A stretch of 24,000 nt of DNA from an uncultured Nitrospiraceae bacterium (GTDB lineage: Bacteria; Nitrospirota; Nitrospiria; Nitrospirales; Nitrospiraceae): the NCBI GenBank assembly GCA_963742465.1, contig CAVUMA010000001.1, positions 106,581-130,580 on the forward strand, read 5' to 3'. Shown here piece after piece: positions 9,150-16,964 of this stretch. The notes below the pieces were generated by a model that was not told where the DNA came from, did not search any database, and saw only the letters and a list, made by a program, of their open reading frames with translations. Within the stretch, counting starts at the first letter, position 1, and every line of letters starts with the position of its first letter. The position numbers and the translations under genes were made by a program.

Positions 9150-9945
9150 ATTCGGAGAAGTCCTACTGGAGCCGAAGACAAATTATTTCCGCAGCGTCGA
9201 ATCTTTATAGGTCGTGCTGTTCCTGAGCGTTTTCTCGACACCGTCTGACGTCTCATAATGTTACAACTATCGCTGAAACACTAGTCCATGCACAAGATCA
9301 CTCTCGCTAGTAAATGGCAATTGAGGACCTCATGATAAGGGAACATACGCCTCGTTAATTTGGCCCATCAATTGTGGCCCATCTGACACAGGCAAGTCAA
9401 AGATGGTTTGGCGCGTACGGCATGAACGCATCTCCGATGCCCGTTGCTCAAACCCGATATTCTCCATATTCATTCGAACCCATGGCAGTCCTTCTGTCGA
9501 CACGCAGATACATATACACTTATGCGTTACCTGGGCGTCATGGGGATTGTGCAACAGACTCCACCCCTGTTCTTTTGTCGCAACATTCTGCTGCAAATCT
9601 CATGGATGGCAAAAATAAGGATGGCTCCTAGCTCCGGATGCCTACATGGTAGAGCTTCGTGAGCTCGGCGCACAGTGCCAGTCTTTTTGCCATGTACCAC
9701 CATGACACTGACCAGCTTGGCTCATACCGGACAGCCTGAGCCCCGCCCGAGCCCAACAGAAAACGCTTTCGGAATTTTCGCTTGCCTTGCGAGGGGGGGC
9801 TAGAATCTTGCCTCTGCGTTAGTGGCATCATGGTACGTATCACTTGATATGACATGTGGCTAGAGACGCAACTATGCAGTGGGATCGCTTCGCCGCACGG
9901 AGCAGCGGGTTCTCTAATGTCCCAGACAGGAGGATTCTGCATATT

Positions 9946-10534
9946 ATGATGAGGCAAGTGACACGGGCAGGCCTTACGGTGCTCCTTCTCCTTGCCGCAC
10001 TGTACCATCCTGAAATCGCTGCTGCACATGGAACAGCGAGCGGGGAAGACGACCCCTGCTTGCGCCGAGTTGGGGAGCGCGTGGTGCATTTCAGCGCCTA
10101 TCAGCCGCAATACGAGCTGAGAGATCAATACTGCACGGACATTCCCAAGGAAGGCGACACCTTCCTGGTCGTAGATCTCGTGGACCCGGCGTTGCGCAAC
10201 GAGCTGGTCGGGATGCGGGTCATGAAGGGTAACGGGAGCAATGAGGCAGAAGATCAGATTGTGGCAGACATTCGTCCGAGCACCCATCCGGATGGAGTGC
10301 TCCGGGGCGAAGTCCGGCTGGACTGAAGGCCTTTATACGGTCACTATTGCGGCGGAGAAACAGAATCTGATGCGGCGCCCCCAATATCTGTTGCGGGTAC
10401 ACATGATCGATTACCAGAAGCTTGTGCGTACCATGACAGTACCGGCGATAGGAGTGCTGGTAGTTGCATTGCTTGGATACATACTCATACGATCGAAGTG
10501 GCTGCGGAATTGGTGGGCAGTCCGCCGTTCGTAG
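9946..10534 (+). CDS. amoE: AmoE/AmoD (PmoD)-family membrane-anchored periplasmic protein, paralog 1. Apparent frameshift near 10310-10325.
   Basis: ATG at 9946 with RBS AGGAGGA. Signal peptide ...LLLLAALYHPEIAAA|HG. Conserved core C-x9-HFSAYQP-x8-C-x-DIP-x-G. The frame switches at ...GEVRLD / TEGLYTVTIAAEK..., then a C-terminal TM VPAIGVLVVALLGYILI. Paralogous to the next two genes. The position ahead of copCD in an amo island matches the amoE-amoD-amoD2-cop arrangement described for comammox Nitrospira. The E-versus-D assignment rests on gene order only. Confidence 0.55.
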
Positions 10535-10595
10535 GAAACCGGGCACTCCGGCCTGCGAACATATGGTTCAACATTCGAGAGGGAGGATACTGACA

Positions 10596-11180
10596 ATGGT
10601 TGTGCAATGGCTGAAGCCTATCGGCTTGTGCGTCTTGATGCTGGCGATCGGGGGTACATTCTCCACACAGGCCCAGGCTCACGGAGGACTGGCGCTGGCA
10701 GAGGACATGTGCAGGCTCACGATCGGCCCTTACAACATGCACTTCACCGGCTATCAGCCTGACAACACGCGCAATAAAGAATTCTGCGAGGACATTCCGG
10801 CGACTGGCCGCACGGTCGTGGTGCTCGATTACATGGAAGACGCACTCCGTCCGTTGCCTACCGAGGTTCGGATCATCAGGGATACGGGCTCGGAGCAAGA
10901 TCTTCAGGCCATCACGGTCCTTCACCTGCCGCCTAAGGTCTATCCCAGCGGCTCGGTCAATTTCGAATACAACTTCGACAAGCCAGGAAAATTTGTCGGA
11001 CTGGTAACGGTGGGCGACAAGCAGGAACATGTATCACGATTCCCGTTCTCGGTTGGGGAAACGAAAATTTGGTTGCCCCCCTCCTACTTCTTGATTGCGT
11101 TTGCAGGGGTTGCTGTTATCGGGGTGATCTTCTTTTTCCTGCGCGGTCGCGGCCAAACTTCTGGCAACACTGTTTCGTAG
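10596..11180 (+). CDS. amoD: AmoD (PmoD)-family membrane-anchored periplasmic protein, paralog 2
   Basis: ATG at 10596 with RBS GAGGGAGGA. Signal peptide ending AQA|HGG. Core motif DMC-x9-HFTGYQP-x8-FCEDIPATGRTVVVLD. C-terminal TM YFLIAFAGVAVIGVIFFFL followed by RGRG. Roughly 60-65% identical to paralog 3 by eye. Confidence 0.6.
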   Translation: MVVQWLKPIGLCVLMLAIGGTFSTQAQAHGGLALAEDMCRLTIGPYNMHFTGYQPDNTRNKEFCEDIPATGRTVVVLDYMEDALRPLPTEVRIIRDTGSEQDLQAITVLHLPPKVYPSGSVNFEYNFDKPGKFVGLVTVGDKQEHVSRFPFSVGETKIWLPPSYFLIAFAGVAVIGVIFFFLRGRGQTSGNTVS

Positions 11181-11183
11181 GCG

Positions 11184-11257
11184 TCCGTCCATCCATCCGG
11201 CCCAATGCGTCGGCGCGGGTGCGACTTTGGTTCAACGAGAAAATTGAGGGCAACTAA
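11184..11257 (+). pseudogene. Internal copC fragment (relic) between the amoD paralogs
   Basis: 11211..11254 (CGGCGCGGGTGCGACTTTGGTTCAACGAGAAAATTGAGGGCAAC) matches copC 12122..12165 at 39/44 positions. It translates ...PSIRPNASARVRLWFNEKIEGN*, versus CopC ...PPRRAVLAKTPAQVRLWFNEEIEGD. There is no start codon or signal peptide. Confidence 0.7.
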
Positions 11258-11283
11258 GAATTAAGGCGAGAAGGATACTGACG

Positions 11284-11874
11284 ATGTCTTTGCGATTTCT
11301 GCTGAAATCAGTGTTTGTGTGTTTCTTGATGCTGGCGATTGGAGCTCCGCTCTCCGCACAAGCCCAGCACTTTCACGAATTGGACAAAAACTTCTGCATA
11401 CTCAAGTTCGGACCCTACGGCATGCACCTTACCGAGTATCAGCCTGACATCTCAGACCGGCAGGAACTCTGCGGGGATATTCCGTCGATCGGACGCACGG
11501 TGGTGGTGCTCGACTTTATCGAAGGGGAACTCCGCTCGTTGCCCGTCGAGGTCCGGGTCATCAAGGATACGGGTTCGGAGCAGGATCTTCAGGCCATCAC
11601 AGTCGTTCACGTACCGCCCAAGGTCTACCCAGGGGGGTTCATCAATTTCGAACATAGCTTCAACCAGCCTGGCAAATTCATCGGGGTCATCACCGTTGGC
11701 GGCAAGGAGGAGCATGTCGCGCGATTCCCGATCTCGGTAGGAGAATCGGGAGTGGTTTCGCACTTCATGCACTACATCATGGTCATTGTCCCGGTCGTAG
11801 CGATTGCCGGTGGAGCGGCGATCTTCTTTTTCCTGAGGGGGCGTCGCAAGCCGTCGGTCCGCACCGCTTCGTAG
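11284..11874 (+). CDS. amoD: AmoD (PmoD)-family membrane-anchored periplasmic protein, paralog 3
   Basis: Intact 196-aa ORF. Signal peptide ...APLSAQA|QHFHE. Core motif NFC-x9-HLTEYQP-x8-LCGDIPSIGRTVVVLD. C-terminal TM IMVIVPVVAIAGGAAIFFFL followed by RGRRK. Confidence 0.6.
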   Translation: MSLRFLLKSVFVCFLMLAIGAPLSAQAQHFHELDKNFCILKFGPYGMHLTEYQPDISDRQELCGDIPSIGRTVVVLDFIEGELRSLPVEVRVIKDTGSEQDLQAITVVHVPPKVYPGGFINFEHSFNQPGKFIGVITVGGKEEHVARFPISVGESGVVSHFMHYIMVIVPVVAIAGGAAIFFFLRGRRKPSVRTAS

Positions 11875-11979
11875 GCAGCCGGTCACCGGAGAGCAATGCG
11901 TAGAACCAAGATGAGCCCAATGGCCGACTCCTGCGATCAAGCGCAGTAGTTAAGGAGGAGGAGGAAGTCCGATGGAATC

Positions 11980-12378
11980 ATGGAGCAGGCTCACGCACTC
12001 AAGCACGTCTTGGTGGGCGCGGTGATGGCAATGGCAATGTGCGTGCATGTCGCCCCGGCGCTGGCGCATTCAATGCTGGTCAAGGCAGAGCCGCCACGCC
12101 GGGCTGTCCTCGCCAAGACGCCGGCGCAGGTGCGACTCTGGTTCAACGAGGAAATTGAAGGCGACTACGCGTCGCTTGTCGTGCTCGACGCCGAGAAGCA
12201 TCCCGTAACCGAGATCAAGCCTCAGCTTGCCCCGGATGACCGGAAATCCATCGTTCTGCCGTTGCCGGAGTTGGCGCCAGGGAAGTACTCAGTGAAGTTT
12301 CGGGTGCTGTCGGTAGACGGTCACGTGGTAGAGTCGTCTTTCGACTTCACGGTAAAGGGTAAAGTGCAAAAGAAATGA
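11980..12378 (+). CDS. copC: Periplasmic copper-binding protein CopC (Cu(II)-site type)
   Basis: Intact 132-aa ORF. The signal peptide ending ALA|HSMLVKAEP leaves a mature N-terminal His. Conserved ...VRLWFNEEIE... and ...LSVDGHVVESSFDFTV. No Met-rich Cu(I) loop is visible. The stop overlaps the copD start (ATGA). Confidence 0.8.
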   Translation: MEQAHALKHVLVGAVMAMAMCVHVAPALAHSMLVKAEPPRRAVLAKTPAQVRLWFNEEIEGDYASLVVLDAEKHPVTEIKPQLAPDDRKSIVLPLPELAPGKYSVKFRVLSVDGHVVESSFDFTVKGKVQKK

Positions 12379-14399
12379 TCGAGGTCATCGGCGCGCTGTT
12401 CCGCTGGCTGCAGCTTGCGTCGAACATGATCCTGATCGGCGGCTGCGTCTTTCTCGCGATTGCCGCGCGCGCGAACACCGCATTCGACGCCCCATGGCTC
12501 AGCCCGTCTGAATCGGGCGTTACCGTGGCTTGGCGGTCACGCTTCTGCTGGGCCTGCTGGGCTTGCTGGCCACGACTACAGCTCAGGCCACTGGCGTGGC
12601 CGAAAATGCCTGGCGTCCAGGAGCCTGGCTAGAACTCTTACAAAAAACCCGCATAGGACTCATCTGGACGGTGCGCGCTGCCCTTGCGCTTCTCGTGTTC
12701 GGAGTGGCTCTCTACGTCCGGTTCTCACCTTGGGCGCGCTGGCAGTATGTGCTGTGCGCGACCGTTGCTGCACTCACGCTGGCTGCTGGATCGCTCGCAA
12801 GCCATTCCGCAGCCGGAGAACTGTCCGTGACATCGGTGCTGCCTTACGCGCTCCATATCGTTCTGGCGAGCGTCTGGTTCGGAGGGCTGCCGGCCGTTCT
12901 CTCAATAATGTTCGCCACCACCGGGAAGCGATCACACGAGGAAGTGGATCGGTTCGACATCCAGACCCTGAAGCGTTTCTCTGCAATAGCGCTTCCTGTG
13001 ATGGTCGCTGTCGTTGCCACCGGCATCATCGTTGCGGATAGCATGGTGGACACAAGCTACGCCTCATTGGTCGCAACGAGCTGGGGCTGGTTTCTCAATA
13101 CAAAGCTTGCGCTGCTCGCAGCGATTCTCGTGATCGCCGCGTGCGCGCGCCGCATCTGGATTCCGTCACTCGACCAGAACGCGGATGTGGCTGCAGCCGG
13201 CGGACGAGGACTTCGAAAGTGGGTCACCGTCGAATTCGTACTCGCGTTGGTGCTGGTATTGGTGGCAACAATGCTGGCCAACGCCGTGCCGGCGAAGCAT
13301 GCCGTCATTGAGGACTGGCCCTATCCATTCCGCTTCTCCATCGACGCCACCTGGGGCGGGTTGGGCATGATGATCGGCGGAGGGATCGGAGTCGCGCTGC
13401 TTATCCTGGCAGGTGGGGCGAGTTGCCCTCGGTCGGTCCAAGCGCTGGGAGACGAAGTGGCGCATTGCCATCCCGGCCGTACTGGCGGTCTGTGCGCTGG
13501 TTGCGGCGCTGCCTCCCCTTGCCACTCAAGCTTTTCCGGAAACCTACCGCAAGACGCCGGTCCCGTTCGATGCCATTTCCGTTGCCAACGGTGCGACTAT
13601 ATTTGCCGCGAATTGCGTGCTCTGCCACGGACCCCAAGCCAAGGGCAATGGCGTTCTAGCCAAGACCTTCGCTATACCACCGGTAGATCTGCTTACGGAG
13701 CCGCACACAGCCAAGCATACCGCAGGCGATTTTTTTCACTGGCTGACCTATGGTATTCCCGGTACGGGCATGCCGGCGTTTGCCGACAAACTCTCGGAAG
13801 AGGATCGCTGGGATGTCGTAAACTTTCTCCATGCCACGTCCCGCGGCTATCAAGCGCGCCTCATCAACCCCTACGTCGCCCCCAATCAGCCCTACATGGC
13901 CCCGCAGAATTTCTCCTATTCCGCGCATGACGGTACGAGCGGTACCTTGAAGGACTTCCGTCGGCAGAAAGCGGTGCTGCTGGTTCTGTTTTCGTGGCCG
14001 GAATCGCGCGCGAGGCTCGATCAGTTGCGGCCGGCTTATGCCACCCTACGCGACAGCAATACAGTGGTGTTGGCGGTGCCGGTGAATGATCTCAACCAGC
14101 AAGATCTGGCGGCAATAACGGCAGACATGACTTTCCCGGTGGCGACGCAGGGTGCATCGGAGATCGCGCGCAGCTACGCCTTGTTCCGTAGAACCCTCAG
14201 CAATCCCGATCTGGCTGGCGAGGGTACATCACCGAAGCACATGGAGTTCCTGATAGACCGTTACGGCTATTTGCGGGCGCGCTGGATCCCTGCGGTGGAC
14301 GGGTCGGGGTGGACAGACATCGGCGAATTGATGCGGCAAATCGAACAACTCAACCGGGAAAAGGAAATTCGGCCACCGCCAGACGACCATGTACACTGA
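12375..14399 (+). CDS. copD: CopD-family membrane protein fused to a mono-haem cytochrome c domain and a Cys-less thioredoxin/peroxiredoxin-like domain. Three apparent 1-nt frameshifts.
   Basis: The frames chain as: MIEVIGALFRWLQLASNMILIGGCVFLAIAA..APWLS | RLNRALPWL | AVTLLLGLLGLL...(polytopic, ORF 12530..)...MMIGGGIGVALLILAGG | RVALGRSKRWETKWRIAIPAVLAVCALVAALPPLATQAFPETYRKTPVPFDAISVANGATIFAANCVLCHGPQAKGNG...GIPGTGMPAF...RWDVVNFLHA, then ...KAVLLVLFSWPESRARLDQLRPAYATL...VVLAVPVND...HMEFLIDRYGYLRARW. CxxCH is present. The redoxin-like fold has SWPES where the active-site Cys normally sits. Shifts lie at about 12503-12505, 12529-12536 and 13414-13417, in C/G runs. Confidence 0.75.
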
Positions 14400-14611
14400 G
14401 CCTCAGGTAGAAACAAAGGGATGTGTCGCGGATTGGAACGCACGTGTCAACGGTCATTTTGAGGAGAGAGGATTGAAAGCTATGATTCCTCAGCAACTCG
14501 AACATGGCAGGCTAATAATGCCTTTGTCACGGGACTGTGTATCAGCAAGATCGTTGCTTCCTTTATCCTCCTTCGTCGAATTCCCCCCAGCGTAGTGCAG
14601 GGAGCTTCATT

Positions 14612-14640
14612 CTAATAAAACCCGAACCGGGTTTTATTAG
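14612..14640. terminator. Perfect hairpin CTAATAAAACCCG-AAC-CGGGTTTTATTAG. Possible bidirectional intrinsic terminator after copD.
   Basis: 13-bp perfect stem and 3-nt loop read directly. The A-tract / GC core / T-tract architecture resembles bidirectional terminators, but the GC core is short. Confidence 0.35.
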
Positions 14641-14759
14641 TGGGATGCGAGCCGTTGAGCCCGCACCGCAATGATGGGACTCAGGATCGGGAAGGCTTAG
14701 CGATCATCACCCCTCTGTAGGCACGGATGTCGCGTGGCCTATTTAGGCACCCTGCGCGC

Positions 14760-14788
14760 TTGACATTCAACACCTTCTTGTATATTTT
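14760..14788 (+). promoter_or_regulatory. Sigma70-like motif TTGACA-17 nt-TATTTT just outside the IS left end, pointing into the IS
   Basis: TTGACA at 14760..14765 and TATTTT at 14783..14788. Motif only. It may be a resident promoter now separated from its gene by the IS. Confidence 0.25.
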
Positions 14789-14805
14789 TCCATGCTCCAT
14801 ACAAT

Positions 14806-15824
14806 GGGCTATGCACTTGACTCCAGCAGACCCCAGGCATAGTGGAATCACACCTTGGAGGACTATATGCCAACTCTCGCTGAGTTCGAGCAACGCTTCG
14901 CCACAGAAGGTGCGTGCCGTGCCTACCTGGCCCGGCTGCGGTGGCCGACCGGCTTCTGTTGCCCCCAGTGTACGACCAGCGGTAGTTGGACAACCACACG
15001 ATGCCTCTTGATGTGCCGCCGGTGTGGATACCAAGCCTCGGTCACGGCGGGAACAATCTTCCATCGAACCCGTCTTCCTTTACAAGACTGGTTCCGAGCC
15101 ATGTGGTGGATGACCGATCAGAAGCAAACACTCAGTGCCTTGGGGCTACAGCGCCTACTGGGCTTTGGCAGTTATAGAACGGCATGGTTGTGGCTGCAAA
15201 AGCTGCGGCGCACAATGGTACTACCGGATTGGGAAAGGCTGGGAGGCCAAGTTGAAGTGGACGAAATACATATGGGAAGCCTCACAGCGGGAGGAGGCCG
15301 CCGGCACCTGGAGAGCAAAGCCCTGGTGGCAATCGCCGCGCAGATCGATGGGAAAGGGATTGGGCGCATCCGCCTGCGCCGGATTCCTGCCGCCTCTCCG
15401 AGCCAGCTCGTTGCCTTCGTGAAACACGCAGTTGAACCAGGCTCCATAGTCATCACGGACGGATGGAAGACCTATGCAGGGTTGAAGAGGGAGGGCTTCA
15501 AGCACAGACCTCGCCTGGTCAACGCCAGCGGCAAAACAGAGTCAGCCTTACTACCCCGCGTACACCGGGTGACCTCTTTGTTGAAACGCTGGTTGTCGAG
15601 CACCCATCAAGGTGCATTGTCCCGTGAACAACTGGACTCCTATCTCGACGATTTCACGGTTCGGTTCAACCGTCGAACGTCTAGATACCGCTGGAAGCTG
15701 TTCTACAGACTTGTAGCACAAGCTGTAGCAGTTGAGCCTGGCCTCTACTCCAGACTAGTCCCAAGCACCGCCTAATATCTCCTAATATATCAGGTGATGA
15801 TAACTGGAGTTAAGTGCATAGCCC
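14806..15824 (+). mobile_element. IS1595-family (ISXO2-like) insertion sequence, about 1.02 kb
   Basis: Terminal inverted repeats GGGCTATGCACTTGACTCCAG (14806..14826) and CTGGAGTTAAGTGCATAGCCC (15804..15824), 20/21 complementary. They bracket a single transposase ORF. I could not find a flanking target-site duplication. Confidence 0.8.
14867..15775 (+). CDS. IS1595-family transposase (N-terminal zinc ribbon + DDE domain)
   Basis: ATG at 14867 preceded by GGAGGA; the ORF track starts at an upstream TTG (14855). MPTLAEFEQRFATEGACRAYLARLRWPTGFCCPQCTT...CRRCGYQASVTAGTIFHRTRLPLQDWFRAMWWMTDQK...GSYRTAWLWLQKLRRTM...VEVDE... matches my recollection of the widespread IS1595/ISXO2-like transposase N-terminus. 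Confidence 0.85.
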   Translation: MPTLAEFEQRFATEGACRAYLARLRWPTGFCCPQCTTSGSWTTTRCLLMCRRCGYQASVTAGTIFHRTRLPLQDWFRAMWWMTDQKQTLSALGLQRLLGFGSYRTAWLWLQKLRRTMVLPDWERLGGQVEVDEIHMGSLTAGGGRRHLESKALVAIAAQIDGKGIGRIRLRRIPAASPSQLVAFVKHAVEPGSIVITDGWKTYAGLKREGFKHRPRLVNASGKTESALLPRVHRVTSLLKRWLSSTHQGALSREQLDSYLDDFTVRFNRRTSRYRWKLFYRLVAQAVAVEPGLYSRLVPSTA

Positions 15825-15874
15825 TTGCACGTATTTTGCAGGCAGTAACAGGCCTCCCTCGTTGGATAATCTAC

Positions 15875-15904
15875 TTGACATCAAGAAACCGTATCCGCTA
15901 ATCT
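15875..15904 (+). promoter_or_regulatory. Candidate sigma70 promoter for amoCAB (TTGACA-18 nt-TAATCT)
   Basis: TTGACA at 15875..15880 and TAATCT at 15899..15904, about 125 nt upstream of the amoC ATG and 51 bp downstream of the IS right end. Motif only. Confidence 0.4.
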
Positions 15905-16027
15905 CCCGCCACGCAGACAAGCGGCAGTTTTCATGTAGTACAGCAGCAATCAGTAGTAATGTTTCACCGGAGAATTCTTCTCTGGAATAAGCAGTGGGTC
16001 TCAATCACTTAACAAGGAGGTCAGTGT

Positions 16028-16828
16028 ATGGCGAGTACAACAACATGGGGAGGGGCCGACCGGGGGTATGACATGTCGCTCTGGTACGATTCCAGGCCCC
16101 TCAAGATCGGCTGGTTTGCAATGTTGGCGGCGGTGGGCGCCGAGGTCGTGTTTCAACGGGTCTTCGGGTATTCCCACGGCTTGGACTCCATGACCCCGGA
16201 GTTCGAAAATGTCTGGATGGGCCTGTGGCGCTTTAACGTGATTTCCAACATCATCTTCTCGGCGTCGACCTTGGGCTGGATTTGGAGCACGCGGGATCGC
16301 AACGTCGCCAACGTGGATCCCAAGACGGAGCTCAAGCGGTATTTCTACTGGATGATGTGGCTCGCGATTTACGTGTTCGGCGTCTATTGGGCGGGCAGCT
16401 ACACCCTGGAGCAGGATGCGTCGTGGCATCAGGTGATCATCCGCGATACGAGCTTCACGGCGAGCCATATCATTGCCTTCTACTTCACCTTCCCGCTCTA
16501 CATCACCTGTGGCGTGGCGAGCTATCTGTATGCCATGACCCGGCTGCCGCAGTTCAGCAAGGCGGTCTCGTTCCCCTTGGTGGGCGCGATCGTGGGGCCG
16601 ATGATGATTCTCCCGAACGTGGGACTCAATGAGTGGGGCCATGCGTTCTGGTTCGTCGATGAACTCTTTGCGGCGCCGTTGCACTGGGGCTTTGTGACCC
16701 TGGGCTGGTGCGGATTGTTCGGCGGGACGGGCGGCGTGGCCGCGCAGATCGTCGCGCGCATGTCGAACCTGTGCGATGTGGTCTGGAACAACGAGAGCAA
16801 GGACTGCTTGCACGTGATCCCGTACTAA
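16028..16828 (+). CDS. amoC: Ammonia monooxygenase subunit C
   Basis: Intact 266-aa ORF with [21 protein letters not shown]..., [25 protein letters not shown] (Asp/His/His metal site) and [27 protein letters not shown] (Asn/His/His site) are collinear with AmoC/PmoC as I recall them. Confidence 0.95.
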   Translation: MASTTTWGGADRGYDMSLWYDSRPLKIGWFAMLAAVGAEVVFQRVFGYSHGLDSMTPEFENVWMGLWRFNVISNIIFSASTLGWIWSTRDRNVANVDPKTELKRYFYWMMWLAIYVFGVYWAGSYTLEQDASWHQVIIRDTSFTASHIIAFYFTFPLYITCGVASYLYAMTRLPQFSKAVSFPLVGAIVGPMMILPNVGLNEWGHAFWFVDELFAAPLHWGFVTLGWCGLFGGTGGVAAQIVARMSNLCDVVWNNESKDCLHVIPY

Positions 16829-16853
16829 GTCCTACCGTCGGCTTGGGGGCTGG

Positions 16854-16882
16854 CCCCGCGCTCCGGATGCCGGAGCGCGGGG
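16854..16882 (+). other. Perfect 13-bp GC-rich hairpin (CCCCGCGCTCCGG-ATG-CCGGAGCGCGGGG) in the amoC-amoA spacer, with no U-tract
   Basis: Read directly. It starts 26 nt after the amoC stop and is followed by TCGATCAACC rather than a T-run. Confidence 0.7.
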
Positions 16883-16922
16883 TCGATCAACCAGCCAGTT
16901 GGAATATTAGGGAGGAGACAGG

Positions 16923-16964
16923 ATGTTCAGAACGAGTGAGGAGGGGACAAATGGCACTGTTTAG
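16923..16964 (+). other. 13-codon upstream mini-ORF (MFRTSEEGTNGTV*) made by a partial duplication of the amoA 5' end. It overlaps the amoA RBS and start.
   Basis: ATG at 16923 preceded by GGAGGAG (16911..16917). ATGTTCAGAACGAGTGAG echoes amoA codons 3-8 (CTGTTTAGAACCGCTGAG). The stop TAG at 16962..16964 lies 11 nt inside amoA, in another frame. Confidence 0.35.

Noticed and set aside
9460-9490. TTCGAACC motif resembling a tRNA T-loop
   Set aside because: The flanking bases do not form a T-stem, and no acceptor or anticodon arms can be drawn.
9606-9693. 10-bp inverted repeat ATGGCAAAAA / TTTTTGCCAT about 70 bp apart, and the 9-mer TGGCCCATC repeated at 9361 and 9375
   Set aside because: Matches of this length are expected by chance about once in a region or window of this size, and there is no supporting context.
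9628-10287. 219-aa minus-strand ORF overlapping the amoE start region
   Set aside because: It is antisense to the amoE paralog and extends into the non-coding spacer. It has no RBS and no recognisable motifs.
14389-14595. 68-aa plus-strand ORF overlapping the copD stop
   Set aside because: Third-position composition is mixed or low in GC, unlike the neighbouring genes. It has no RBS and no recognisable motif, so it is most likely non-coding spacer ahead of the hairpin at 14612.
15825-15840. Sigma54-like element TTGCACG-N4-TTGCA abutting the IS right end upstream of amoC
   Set aside because: It matches the -12 half and most of the -24 half, but the near-invariant GG dinucleotide is TG. Joining the two IS flanks does not restore it. 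It is mentioned in the two-component finding but not called as a promoter.
16001-16813. 270-aa minus-strand ORF (also 17017..17676 and 18668..19120)
   Set aside because: These are exactly antisense to amoC, amoA and amoB, which are unambiguous on the plus strand.
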